From positions 62,001 through 126,000 of the forward strand of contig JBODTK010000127.1 of the NCBI GenBank assembly GCA_050613775.1: DNA of 64,000 nt, written 5' to 3'. Each line of letters begins with the position of its first letter. Within the stretch, counting starts at the first letter, position 1. Under the pieces are notes generated by a model. That model was not told the origin of the DNA. It worked only from the letters and a program-made list of their open reading frames with translations, and did not search any database. Of the stretch, positions 1-13,273 are shown piece after piece. A program made the translations under genes and the position numbers. Origin of the DNA: Neocallimastix sp. 'constans'. Taxonomy: Eukaryota.

Positions 1-680
1 TTGTAATAATGGTAATAATTTTGTGGTATAATCTTGAGGTTCAGTATATACAGTAACATCGAGTTCATTAAGTGGTGAAAATTGTTTATTAATTATTTGA
101 AGAAAATCGATATTAGAATTGGAATGTTGTTCATTATATAATTGAGTATATTCCCCTTGTGGTTCACCAATAAAGGTTGTTCCTTTACCAGCATGAACAA
201 TATTAAGAGATGAGATTCTATAGGAACCATTAGAAGTAGTGCCTGTTAATATTCTTGGAAGTTTAATTTTATCTTGTTGATGTTTTTTCAGAAAATACTC
301 AGTTAAAAGAGAATAAGTTCCAAGAACTCCATTTTGCATCAAAATAATGACACATTCAGAATGTAAAGATGATTCAATGGATTGAATTGCTTGTAATGTG
401 TCTGGAGATTTTGTAGTGATTAAAAGAATCTTATATGTATTTATCAAATTAATATATAATATGAAAATCAATGATTAAGAAAAAGAATATATAAATAAAT
501 AAATAAAATAAAATAAAAATAAAAGATAATAAATTTTTAGAGTGATAAATTCAATATATTTTAGAATTAATTATGGTTATTTATGAAATGTTACTTTAAT
601 TTTTAAAAAAATTTATAAATAATTTATATAATATAAATATATAAATATTATTTTTTATTAACAGTAACAACAACAACAAC

Positions 681-731
<51 letters not shown>

Positions 732-1020
732 TTTATTTCTAATTTAAATAAAACCTAAATACCTTTATTTCTTCCTTATTTAATTTAATTTGTGTGGGAG
801 TTTTTACTATACATTGTATAGTATCAGTATCAATAGGTTTTCCTTCTGAAGATTTATATTTGAATTCCACAGAAAGTGGTTTTTGGACATTATCAATTGA
901 AACTTGGTTATCCTTTTTATTTCTAATAATTAAAGTCACATTATTGTTATATTTTTTTAAATAATAAGAAAATAGGCAACCAATAGAACCAGCCCCAAGA
1001 ACATAAATGTCTGTTGTCAT
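1..1020 (-). CDS. PAN5: Ketopantoate reductase (PanE/ApbA family), 3'-truncated by window; exons 1020-763 and 429-<1
   Basis: N-terminal IYVLGAGSIG Rossmann motif. After a GT..AG intron, exon 2 reads ILLITTKSPDT...IILMQNGVLG...TTSNGSY...HAGKGTT, typical of ApbA. Confidence 0.85.
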
Positions 1021-2075
1021 TTCTTTTTTATTTAATTATTGGTTTTTAATTATTTTTTTTATATAAAAATTAAAATATTAAAAGAAATTAATAGAATATC
1101 ATAATTTTTTTTTTAAAGCCGCAATTATTGCAAACTTTAAACTTTATTTATTTATTCATTTATTAATTACATAAATTTTTTTTTTATAAAAAATAAAAAC
1201 ACACAGAATTAATAAGAATAAATATTATTTGTCTAATTTCCTTCCACCAAGAAGTGAAATCATATAATCGATACCACGTCACATATATGTTTACACTACA
1301 CTCATTCAGAAAATTACTAATATTTACGCGATTTTCACCAATTGATCTATTCACTACATTATTAGTAACGATACTACTAGTATTAATATTCCTATTTATA
1401 TTTATAGAAAATGAATAAATAATTATAATGATGACCAGTTGTATGTCACGTGATAAAATGGAATAAATTTTTAAATTTTTCATTTTTAAATATGAAATTG
1501 TTTTATCAATATTTAAAAAATATAATCTTATTCTGAGAATTTGAAATTAATATAATTATAATAATAAATCTTCAATATTTTTATATTTTTTCTTAATTTT
1601 TTTTTTTTTTTTTTATTTTTTTATTTTTACATACTTTAAAAAATATTTATTTAAATTATAAAATTTTTAAGAATAATTTATTTATTTAATTATTTAATTA
1701 TGCTAATAAAAACTAAAGATTAAAATAAGAAAAAAAAAAATGAAAATTAAAATTATTATTTCGCCTTTAATTATTAATTTTCTTTTTTTAATATTACTAT
1801 TTTATATATAAATATGATAGTTAATTAAATTGTATGACCTATTTACTGTAAAAAAAAAATTATATATTCTAATATAATTTTTATATATTTAATAAATACA
1901 TTTTTCTTATTATTTGTATTTTTAAATAATTATTTTTAATAATTGTATTATTATTTTATTATTTTTTTTCTATATTATCTTTTTTAATTTTGTTTTCTAC
2001 TTTTTTTTTATTTTATTTTATTATAATTATTTTTCTTTTTTTTTTTTTTGCTGTTTTATCTAATTTATTTTTTAC

Positions 2076-2999
2076 TTATTCTTTATGTAAGAAATTATCA
2101 ATAAACTCATCTGAGAATTTTGAGTTCTTTGGTAAAATAATAAAGGCTGGAATCATATCAATTAGTGTGTATTTAGAATTAGATAAAACAGTTCTAAGCT
2201 TCATTTTATTTGGAACCTTTAATAATTTAGTTTTTTCACCATGTTTTGAGTAAGTTTCAAAGTAAACATTTAAGTTGTCTGGAGTATAGACATGATCCTT
2301 ATCCCATGGAGCTGGATTATTTGGATCACCAAACATAACTTCTAAATGTTCTTCAAAAGTATTATTTTCATTGAAACCTGAAATAAAATCAGATTCTTTA
2401 TATTCTGGGTATAAGAAAAATACAGGCCATAATAATTCTTTAGTTTCTTTATCTAAACGAACAGCATTTTCCTTTTGAACTGGGTATTTCTTTAAAAATT
2501 CGTTATTTGAAACAATATTAATTTTTCTATCCTGTTTTTATTTTTGTATTACCATCATTAATATTATTATTGAAATAAAAAAGTAGTCATAGGTTTTATT
2601 ATTATTGAATTATAAAATTAAAAATAAAATAAATATATATATTTATTATTTGTTAATTTGGAATGTCAATATATATAATTTAATTTACTTAAATAAAGAA
2701 CAAATAATTAATATATTTTGATATAATTACTAACCTTAATAGTTTGAGTTAACAGTTGTTTTTCTTTTTCTTCTTCGGCAATCTTTTGTAATCTTCTTTT
2801 TTCCTTTTCATCTAATTCATGTTTTCTTCTTAATATTTTTGCCTTTAATTCTTTAACACTTTTATTTTTTGGATCAAGCTTTATAATTTTTATAATATTA
2901 ATTACATTATTAGAATTATGTTTATTATATATATATATATTCAAATTTTAATACGAAAATAATAAGGAAAATAAATACAAATTTACATTCTAATGCTAA

Positions 3000-3043
<44 letters not shown>

Positions 3044-3733
3044 TACAGCTAAGGCTCTGTCACAACAATCAAGAGCTTCTGGAATCTTTTCTAAAATGTA
3101 ACAAGCTTTACCAGATCTGTAATAAGCTTTAATATTCTTTGGATTATATTCAATAGCCTTGGCGCAATCTCTTAAAACTTTACCAAAATTACCAAATTCT
3201 AAGTTTACCGCAGCTCTGTTAGAATGTAAAATTGAGTTTAATTCATTATCTTTACATTTTTGTTCAATTCCATCCGTATAAAATTGAAGAGCATCCTTGT
3301 ATTTGTGTTTTCCTGCTTGGAAACATTCATTACCTTCATCTTTGAAATCTCTGGCATTTTCTTTTATTATTGGTAAAACAAAAAAAAATATTATATAAAA
3401 TTTTTTAATAAATTTTTGAATAATAATTTTTCAATATATCTATATTAATTTTACTAATTAAATTTTTAACTTTTCTTTTTTTTAAAAAAAATATTTATTA
3501 TTTATTTATTTATTATATTTATATTTTATTGATTTAATACCTTCTGGAGTACCATCGTATTTTAATGCTTGTAAGGCAGCGAGAGATGGATTTTCTTCAA
3601 TATTTTCTTCTGGGTCAAGAGAATTCATAAATAAAGGAATACTATCCATTTCTTTTAAGAAACCAGCTGGATCACTCTTTATGCCTTCATTGAAATTGTA
3701 TGGCTTATCTGGTCCAAAAGCTTCATCTTCCAT
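2076..3733 (-). CDS. CNS1: Hsp70/Hsp90 TPR co-chaperone Cns1/TTC4; exons 3733-3541, 3360-3047, 2878-2735, 2531-2076
   Basis: PLFM..L...LAALQALKYDGTPEENARDFKDEGNECF, then TPR repeats (HSNRAAVNLEFGNFGKVLRDC, NIKAYYR), then C-terminal WPVFFLYPEY..SDFI and PWD motifs. All four exons join in frame at GT-AG sites. Confidence 0.9.
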
Positions 3734-6278
3734 TTTTATATTTTTATATTGTTTTAATTTTAGTTATTTAAAAATAATTAAAGAAATTCAAAAAAATTTT
3801 TTTCTAAAAATATAAATAAAATAAATAAAAACAAAAATAAAATATTTATTTATTACAAATGTAATTAATTTTTTTTTTTTTTTTTAAATTTTAATTTTTC
3901 ATATTTAAAAAAAAAAAAAAAAAAAAAACTCGATTACAAATATGATTGGATAAAATTATTTTTAAAAAATGATTTTAAAAATAATTATAAATAAATATAA
4001 ATTTTATTTCATATATTAAAAAAATTTTTAGATAAAAAAGAATATAAAAGAAAAAATAAAATAAAATAAAATAAATTATAATAAAACAAATAATAATAAT
4101 TATATATTTTTTAAATTAATTAATATATATATTTAAATTTTTATATTCATAAAAAGAATTATTTTTTTAATGAAAAAGAAAATTTTATTTATAAATTATT
4201 ATTATTATTTTTTATATATAAAAAGTAAAATGATATAATAATTTAATAATTTGAAAGTATTTCTGAATATCAATTTTTGAAGTATTTATTTAAATATATT
4301 TAAATATATTTATATTCATATTCACAAAAAATAAGAAATTCATCAATCTTTAATTCAAATTTTATTTAAATTTCTATAATAAATTTTATTAATAAAAATA
4401 TTAATAAAAAATATTACAAAATAAATATGGAAAATCTAAATTTATAATAACTCTATAATATATGTTAATTGTTAAAAATATATTAAATTGATTATTATAA
4501 TAATTAATAAAGAAGATAAATTGCGAAATAAGTGAATAAAATATTTAATTTGATTTTTGAAATACAATTGTAATTAATCCTCTTTTAATTTTCCAAAAAT
4601 TTTATTATATTTAAATAATTATAAAAAACAAAAATATACAAATATAAAATTAAACAAAAGAGTAATTATATATACATATATATATGTTTTTTTTTTTTAT
4701 TATTATTATTATTTTGTTTAGTAATTGGTTTATTTTATTATTATGGTATTTTACATAAAAATATTACATATCCACTTAATACATATAAAAGATATATTAA
4801 TCAATATATATTTTTATATTCCATTTTATTATTATGAAAATTTACTTTTTAAATGATATTTAAATATAAATATTATTAAAGAAAAAATGTTATATTAATT
4901 ATAACAGTTTATTATTTTTGAACATTTATACTAATGATCTTATCAAATCAAGTATAAAATATTACTTTTCTCAGAAAGGGTGGTATAAAATTTTTTTTTT
5001 TTTGGTTTTGTTTTTTATTGTAAATTTTTGATATAACAAATAGATTTTATAATATTAAAAAATATTATAGTTAAAATTAATAACTATACAAGATTATAAT
5101 AATCATAATATTCATTTAAAAATAATTCTTATGCTTTAAAAATTAAAATATAGTAATGTTTATAGTGTTAATCATTTTTATTATTATTATTATTATTGTT
5201 GTTGTTGTTATTCTCCTAATAATTTTTTTTTCTAAAAAACTAATGCTGATTATATAAGAGAAAAAAAAAAAAAGCATTTCAATAATAAAAAAAAAATTTT
5301 TTTTTAATCTTAATTTTTCTAATATTAACTTATAAATATTTCTATTATGAAAAATAATTCTTAATAAATTTTACTTTTTGTGTAAATAAATTGAACATAC
5401 AATTAAAATAAATGATATTTAAAATATACATAATAAAAATTTTAAAAGAGGAGAAAAGAATTAATTTTATTCTGGTAAAAATACATGGTCAATATATATT
5501 AATATTATTTTTTATATTAAATAATACCCATTTAAAAAAATTTTTTTTTATAATTTTATTTCATAAAAACATGTTTATTGATCATATGTAATGTATTTAT
5601 GCATTTTATAGTATAAAATTGTATGTATTAATATAAATAGGTACAAGATTTTAATTTAAAATTTAAATAGAAATGAATTTATAGATATATATTCTATTCA
5701 TATACATTTATACATTCTATTAAGGAAGGAAATTCTCTAAATTTAAAATTTAAACTATATTAAATTATATTGAGGTATACAACATTATATATTGCATAAA
5801 CTAAATGTATTAGCTACTCAATAAAATGTAGAAGACATAATAAACTATTCAGATTTTTAATAAAATTAATTAAAGAATTTCTTAATAAAAATTTCTTAAG
5901 TTTAATTTTTTTTTTAAATAATTTTAATAAAGTTTATCTAAATTTTATTTATTATTATAATTATGATTATTGTTTTTCTATATTATTACATATAATTTTT
6001 TTTTTTTTTTTCAATAATAATAATAATAATAATAATAATAATTAATAAAAATAATAAAAAAAATAAAATTTAATATTAAAAAAAATATACTTTAATAAGT
6101 CCATTTACAATATATATAAATATTAAATCCTTCTTTTTTTTTTTTATTAAATAAAATAAATATTAGTTTATATTATATATATTAATATAATAAAGATGGT
6201 TTATAGTATGATTATTTTTTTTTTATCATTTATATGTAAATAATTATATTTTTAATATTTTTAGTATTTTATATTTCA

Positions 6279-6410
6279 TGTGAAAATGGTGAATGTTCTT
6301 CAAAGTATGGTTATTACGATACTTATTGAGGTACTAGGTGTCAAGCTGACTTTGGTATTTGTTATGATTCCAGAAATACTAATTCAAAAAAAGTGAAGAC
6401 AACAAAAACT
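6279..6410 (+). pseudogene. Degenerate CBM18 (hevein-like) module fragment
   Basis: Reads CENGECSSKYGYYDTY*GTRCQADFGICYDSRNTNSKK, matching the first CBM18 of the 8244 gene, with a stop, lost cysteines and a deletion. Confidence 0.75.
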
Positions 6411-6641
6411 TCATTAATAATAATAATAATAATAATAATAAAAGGAAATTTTTTTAAAAGAATAATAATAAAAAAAAAACTAGCTTAAAAAAATAAAGAT
6501 TAATAATTATTAAATTTAATAAACGATAATTAAATTCTGAAATAAAACAATAAATGTAAATTTATTATTAATTATTACCATTATTGTATTATAATTTTAG
6601 CTACAAAAATAAAAATTTTAAATATTTTCAGTTCTCTTTTC

Positions 6642-6709
<68 letters not shown>

Positions 6710-6718
6710 TTATATTAC

Positions 6719-6752
<34 letters not shown>

Positions 6753-8243
6753 TAACTTATTAAAATTTTACATCTCAGTCGTTATAGTAATTATCAAAAT
6801 TTTATCTCTTTCCTATCAATAAATATCATATTTAATTCAATATATAATGGATTTATTTATATTACTTTAAACTTTTTATAATATATATTTTAGATATAAT
6901 ATATAATATATATATATTATTTAATCAAATAAAGTAGTACAATTATTTGTTAGAATTATATTGAAATAAATAAAAAATTAATAAATAAATGAATGAATGA
7001 ATGAAATTTGTAATAAAACATAAAATAATAATAATATAATTATAAATATAAATGAAATAAATAATAATATAGATAAAATAAATAATAATATAGATAAAAT
7101 AAATAATAATATAGATAATAATAATAATAATAAGTAAAATAAATATTAATAATAATAATATTAATAATAATAATATTAAATAAAATCAATAAAAAATAAT
7201 AATAATATACTAAAATTAATACGAATCATGAATTTATGATTTATAATTATGTCAACTTTATTAATATATTTTATGATAAAGAGTTAGATTTAATACATAA
7301 AGTTTAATAATATAAAAAAACTTTATTATTCTATTTAAGAAATATATTAATAGATAATTATACTTTAATATATAAAATAATATATGTATAATACAATTGA
7401 TTTTTTTTTTTTTTTATTTTTTTCTTGTTTTGTTTCGATGAAAAAAAAATAATAAAAAAATAAAACGTTAGTTATTTTCTGTTTTCAGTAATTTTTTTTT
7501 TTTTTTCTTTTGAACTTTTGTATATATAATAAAATTTTATAATAAACAAAATAATATTAACTAATTCCATTTAAATATTAATTAACTTTATTTACTATTG
7601 AAATAAGTTGTACAATTCAAGTTATTCAATTATGCACTAGATTGTATAGATAATGTTTATATACTAAAAATAACTTATTAAAAATTGATATATTCATATA
7701 CATTTTAATTTTATTAAAATTATGTTTTTTCTGTCTTAAAATTTAGTGATATTCATAATAAAAAAAAAAAAGTTGTTTTTTTTATATATAAATAAAATAA
7801 CAAAGAACAATAATTTATTTTTTTTGTTATTCTTTTTTTCTTTTTTCTTTTTTTTTTTATAAATTTATTTTTTAAAACTACATAGTAAATTGTATTTTTT
7901 AATAAAAAAAAAAAGAAAAATTTATAATAAAAAAAGGTTATTATTTTAAAGATAAATTAATATTTAATATATTCTTTATTATAATTTATATTCATTTTTA
8001 CTTTAACTTAAATATTTGTTGTTAAAAAAATTATATATAATATATTAAATGTATTAATAAAATTGTAGTATAAAAATTACTAAGAAAAATTAAAATTTGA
8101 TATTTAAAAATTAAATATAATGAAATTATTATTTCAAAGGAAAAAAGAATTATATTTTTCTATTTAAATCATATATTTCAATAAATACAAATCTTTTTAA
8201 AGTACTTTATTTTTAAAATTAAACAGATAATTAATAAAATAAA

Positions 8244-10067
8244 ATGAAATTAATTAAAGGAATTTTAATTGCTATTTTAGCTACAATAGCTGCTGCTAAA
8301 TGTGGTCCAGGTTACGGTTCTTGTGAGAAAGGTAAATGTTGTTCCAAATATGGTTATTGTGGTACTTCTGATTCTTATTGTGGTTCTGGATGTCAAAGTG
8401 AATTTGGTACCTGTCATGGTTCTAATTCAACCAAAAAAACTTCTAATACAAAGTCTTCTAAAAAATCATCTACTAAAAAAACAACTACAACAATAACTAC
8501 AATTACAACAATAGGAAGTCTTCCAACATCTGCTAATGGTAAATGCGGTAAAGCTTATGGGGTATGTCCATCAGGTAAGTGCTGTTCAAAATATGGTTAC
8601 TGTGGTACTTCTAATGATCACTGTAAAGTTGATAGAGGTTGTAAATCTGAATTTGGTATATGTGAAGGTACTAGTGAATCAACTTCTGAATTAAATAATA
8701 CATTAACTACAGTTTCATCAACAGTTTCAACCACTGCTTCAACCATTGCTTCAACTACAGTTCCAACTACGGTTACTACTACTGATTCAACTACCGTTCC
8801 AACTACAATTACTACTGCCAATTCAACTACCATTCCAACTACAGTTACTACTACGGTCACTCCACCAACATCTACTGAAAATAAATCACTTCCAACTTCT
8901 ACTAATGGTAAATGTGGCAGTAATTATGGTGTTTGTCCATCAGATTTATGTTGTTCAAAGTATGGATATTGTGGTACTTCTGATGATCACTGTAAAGTAG
9001 ATAAAGGTTGTAAATCTGAATTTGGTATATGTAAAACCACTAATGAATCAACTTCGACTGATACTGGATCACTTCCAATTTCTACTGATGGTAGATGTGG
9101 CAGTAATTATGGTGTTTGTCCATCAAATTTATGTTGTTCAAAGTATGGATACTGTGGTACTTCTGATGATCACTGTAAAATAGATAGAGGTTGTAAATCT
9201 GAATTTGGTATATGTAAAACCACTGACGAATCAACTTCGACTGATACTGGATCACTTCCAATTTCTACTGATGGTAGATGTGGCAGTGATTATGGTGTTT
9301 GTCCATCAAATTTATGTTGTTCTAAATATGGTTATTGTGGTACTTCTGATGATCACTGTCAAGTTGAAAGAGGTTGTCAATCTGAATTTGGTCGTTGTGG
9401 TGAATATGTTTCAAACTCTAAATTGAAGTACTATTATGAATGTAAGAATAAGAATCATTGGGCTCTTACTTATGATGATGGACCATACAAATACGATTTA
9501 AAGTTACTTGATTTACTTAAGAAAAAAGGTGTTAAAGCAACCTTCTTCCTTAATGGTGATAATGTTATGGATATTACTTCAAGTGAAGGCAAAAAAATTG
9601 TTAGAAGAATGTATAGTGATGGACATGTTATTGGTTCTCATACCTGGAGTCATGCCGACCTTGAAGAACTTGATAGAGAAGGTATTATTTCTGAAATGAT
9701 TAAATTAGAAGATGCTCTATACGATATCATTGGTAAGAAACCAGCATTTATGCGTCCACCTTTTGGAGCTGGTCAGGATAATGAAGAAATTGCTAGTGTT
9801 TTAGATAGTCTTGGCTATACTGCTGCCTGTATATGGAATGTGGATACCTTAGACTGGGATAAGACTGGTAACGTTGATTATGCCCTCGGAGTATTTAAAA
9901 AGTATATTGGAAAGCCAATTTTGTCCTTAAATCATTGTTTCTATCAAGATATTTCTGAAGAGTCATTACTTAAATTAGCAGAAGCAGAAATTGATTATAT
10001 GTTATCTCAAGGTTACACTCCAGTGACTATGGATGTTTGCCTTGGCCTTGATGCCTATCAAAATTAA
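8244..10067 (+). CDS. Secreted chitin deacetylase-like protein: signal peptide, 5x CBM18, Thr-rich linker, C-terminal CE4/NodB domain; intronless
   Basis: Five CCSKYGYCG modules; CE4 motifs TYDDGP, HTWSH, RPPF, DTLDW, LNH. Confidence 0.93.
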   Translation: MKLIKGILIAILATIAAAKCGPGYGSCEKGKCCSKYGYCGTSDSYCGSGCQSEFGTCHGSNSTKKTSNTKSSKKSSTKKTTTTITTITTIGSLPTSANGKCGKAYGVCPSGKCCSKYGYCGTSNDHCKVDRGCKSEFGICEGTSESTSELNNTLTTVSSTVSTTASTIASTTVPTTVTTTDSTTVPTTITTANSTTIPTTVTTTVTPPTSTENKSLPTSTNGKCGSNYGVCPSDLCCSKYGYCGTSDDHCKVDKGCKSEFGICKTTNESTSTDTGSLPISTDGRCGSNYGVCPSNLCCSKYGYCGTSDDHCKIDRGCKSEFGICKTTDESTSTDTGSLPISTDGRCGSDYGVCPSNLCCSKYGYCGTSDDHCQVERGCQSEFGRCGEYVSNSKLKYYYECKNKNHWALTYDDGPYKYDLKLLDLLKKKGVKATFFLNGDNVMDITSSEGKKIVRRMYSDGHVIGSHTWSHADLEELDREGIISEMIKLEDALYDIIGKKPAFMRPPFGAGQDNEEIASVLDSLGYTAACIWNVDTLDWDKTGNVDYALGVFKKYIGKPILSLNHCFYQDISEESLLKLAEAEIDYMLSQGYTPVTMDVCLGLDAYQN

Positions 10068-10117
10068 TAATGATCAAAATAACTACAAGTAATATTAATT
10101 TTATAACAAATACTATA

Positions 10118-10163
<46 letters not shown>

Positions 10164-10219
10164 ATATTTTATAATTTTATTGAAAATTTTTGAATTAAAT
10201 AAAAACTTAATACTAATCC

Positions 10220-10525
10220 CATTTTTATTTATTGATAGATTTATTATCTTTTTGAATTACCAATGAATTATACATCAAATATATACATTAATTTAAATAA
10301 AAAATAATACTATTTATAATTAATTTCTAAAAATTCTATATTATAATAACAATTAAGAATAAAACCATTAATTCCAATTTCATTTATTAATAGATTTATT
10401 ATCTTTTTGAATTGCTAATGAATTAAAGATCAAATATATATATATATATATATTAATTTAAATAAAAAATAATACTATTTATAATTAATTTCTAAAAATT
10501 CTATATTATAATAACAATAAAGAAT
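10220..10525. repeat. Imperfect ~150 bp direct duplication downstream of CE4 gene
   Basis: tagatttattatctttttgaatt...aataatactat...aattaatttctaaaaattctatattataata occurs twice. Confidence 0.7.
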
Positions 10526-10935
10526 AAAAAACAAATATTATAATATTTTAATACTATTTAAATTATTTTTTATTTATTAATTTTATATATTATATATTTT
10601 ATTATATTATTTTTTCAATGTATATATTAAAATTTTTTTAGTATAATTTTGTAGATGACTAGGATGTTATCAATTTCAATTTTCTATTATTTTATTTTTT
10701 TCCCAACTTTTTAAGTATTTTGGTTTTAATAGATAAAAGATACCAATTTTTTAAAGTCATTATTGGTTATTATTATTATTATTATTATTTACTTTCTATT
10801 ATTAATAATATCATCATGATTACTTAGACAAAAATCATGGTCATAATAAATATAGTTTTAAATTTTATCTTTTATAAAAATTTTAAATAGAGGACAAATA
10901 AATGGTCATAATTAATATAATTAATTTATAAAGTG

Positions 10936-10969
<34 letters not shown>

Positions 10970-11014
10970 TTTTTTTCTTTACAAAAATAAAAAAAAAAAA
11001 AGTAATCCTAAAAT

Positions 11015-13273
11015 ATGGAAGATAAACATAATATTGAATATAATAAAAAATTAATGAAAGATGCAATTCTTAATAATAAATTATCAGAATTTCAATACAT
11101 TTTAAATGAAAATAATAATTTAATTTTAGACGTTAATAATAGTGATAAAAGCTTTGATATTCTTATTTTTGCCATTAAACATAATGCTTCATATAATTTT
11201 ATAGAATACATTATTCAATGTTATAAAGATATTACTAATGATTATAAGGTATTAAATTATTATATTGAGGAATATATAGAAGAAAATATATTTAAATATG
11301 AAACTCCTTTACATTCTTCTCTTGAAAGAAACAATCTTTCTATTATTAAATTATTACTAAAAAATGGGGCCGATGTTAATTTTCGACCAAAAAATTCTGA
11401 TATTATTTCTGAATTCTTCGCAAATATTGGAAAACCTAACCTAAAAATATTTAAAATTTTTTTAAAACATGGTTTTACCATTGTCGAAGACTCCATATTA
11501 ATTGGTGAATTAGTAGGCAATGAAGCATATACTCCTTTTATAAAAGCATTTTTAGAACATGATTTTTATTGTATATACAATGAATATACTATAATTAATT
11601 TTCTTTTAATAAATAATAGACAGATACCTTTATCAAATAAAGAAATAAAAAAAATATTAAACCAAAAAGCTCCAAAAAGTCAAATAAATAGTCATTGGTT
11701 CATACAAAATAAAGAAGTAAATAGAAATTATTTGTATTATTCAATGTTTAATAGAAGAAAATTTACTCAAATTAACTTATTATGTAAATATATAAATGAT
11801 ATTTCTTACAATGCTATGAATATTATTGAAGATTTATATTCAGCTGGTAAATACGAGATAATAAAAATGATCGTACCTCAATATTTTGATATTAATTCCA
11901 GAAATGAAAATGAAGAAAGTTTATTAGATATTGCTTCCCTAGATTTTAATTATGATATGATGGTATATTTAATTAATGAAGGAGCTGAAATTGACTATAA
12001 TAAAGTACATTTATCAGTAGACTTATTAAAATTATTGCTAAGTAGCAATTTTTCAAATATTAATGAATTTGTTTTTAAGAGTTCATTTGTTTCCTTTAGT
12101 TCCGAAAAGGAGAAAATAAAAAACATAGGATATATGCTCCTTTATTCTATAGCCTATGGAAAAACAGAAATTTCAAAATATTTTATAAATAAAGGGGCTG
12201 ACATAAATGGTGATTTATATAATGTTAATGGAAGAAATCTACTTTATTACGGAAAATGCATTTTAGGAACGAATGAGTATAATTGTATTCAAGTCACTCC
12301 ATTAATCGTGGCAATTTTAAAGCAAAATTTAGAAATTACCAAATATTTAATAAGTAAAGGGGCAGATGTTAATAAATTCGGTATTGATTCAAATCATTTA
12401 ATGAATAAAAATAATAAATATATTACTCCTTTAGTCTGTGCTATCTATAATGATAACAAGGATATTGGTAAGTGTTTAATAGATCATAAGGTCAACGTTA
12501 ATGATGATTATATACAAAATAAATATGATGTAAAAGTAAAAGAAAAAAATGGAATTATTTATGAAAAGCCTTTATATTATGCAATTAAGATGAAAAGTGA
12601 AAAAATGGTGAAGTTAATACTTAATCTCGATGTGAAGTATGATGAACCAACAGTCATCAAGTTAGCCATCAGTAATTATAAAAAAGGAATAGTAGAATCC
12701 TTAATGAAACATGGAGTAAATTTTGAACGAGTTATTGATGGTAAAACACCGTTGATGTATGCCCTTGATGTAAATAATATATATTCTTTAAAATATTTAG
12801 TTCATTGTGGTGTAGACTTAAATCAATGCATCAACCATCAGACAATATTACTTCGTGCTCTAGATGCTAACGCAAAGGTCGTGATTAAATTTTTAATAAG
12901 AAATGGAGTTGATATTAATCAAGTGGTTGATAATGAAACAGCATTATTCTATTCGATTAGAAATAGTACTTACCTTAATACGGTTTACTTAATTGATCAT
13001 GGAGCAAATTTCAAAACAGTTGTAAATGGTGAAGGTGAAACCCCAATAGATTATGCTATCAGAATTAAAAAATGGCGCATAGGAAAATATTTAAGGAAAT
13101 TGGGAGCTAAACCTTCTAAAACCAATGATAGAAACCGTCCATCCAAAAAGAATAAAAAAAATAATAAAAGAAAGGTAATTTATAATGAAGACAGTACAGA
13201 AGATGATGATGATGACAGTGATTGGAAGGAAGATGATAAAAAGAGAAAAAAGAAAAAGACCAGAAAAAATTAA
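11015..13273 (+). CDS. Intronless ankyrin-repeat protein with acidic/Lys-rich C-terminal tail
   Basis: Repeated TPL..A/GADVN motifs (ETPLHSSL..LLLKNGADVN, TPLIVAI..GADVN, GETPIDYAI). Confidence 0.9.
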   Translation: MEDKHNIEYNKKLMKDAILNNKLSEFQYILNENNNLILDVNNSDKSFDILIFAIKHNASYNFIEYIIQCYKDITNDYKVLNYYIEEYIEENIFKYETPLHSSLERNNLSIIKLLLKNGADVNFRPKNSDIISEFFANIGKPNLKIFKIFLKHGFTIVEDSILIGELVGNEAYTPFIKAFLEHDFYCIYNEYTIINFLLINNRQIPLSNKEIKKILNQKAPKSQINSHWFIQNKEVNRNYLYYSMFNRRKFTQINLLCKYINDISYNAMNIIEDLYSAGKYEIIKMIVPQYFDINSRNENEESLLDIASLDFNYDMMVYLINEGAEIDYNKVHLSVDLLKLLLSSNFSNINEFVFKSSFVSFSSEKEKIKNIGYMLLYSIAYGKTEISKYFINKGADINGDLYNVNGRNLLYYGKCILGTNEYNCIQVTPLIVAILKQNLEITKYLISKGADVNKFGIDSNHLMNKNNKYITPLVCAIYNDNKDIGKCLIDHKVNVNDDYIQNKYDVKVKEKNGIIYEKPLYYAIKMKSEKMVKLILNLDVKYDEPTVIKLAISNYKKGIVESLMKHGVNFERVIDGKTPLMYALDVNNIYSLKYLVHCGVDLNQCINHQTILLRALDANAKVVIKFLIRNGVDINQVVDNETALFYSIRNSTYLNTVYLIDHGANFKTVVNGEGETPIDYAIRIKKWRIGKYLRKLGAKPSKTNDRNRPSKKNKKNNKRKVIYNEDSTEDDDDDSDWKEDDKKRKKKKTRKN

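Noticed and set aside
1184..1483. 99-aa minus-strand ORF, and an ATATTCCTA match to the snR30/U17 m1 motif
   Set aside because: No recognisable protein features; the partner m2 motif (AAACCAT) is absent and the 9-mer is likely by chance in AT-rich DNA.
8302..9699. Short alternative-frame and antisense ORFs within the CBM18-CE4 gene
   Set aside because: Shadows of biased codon usage in the main ORF; the same applies to those in the 27220, 34484 and GEF genes.
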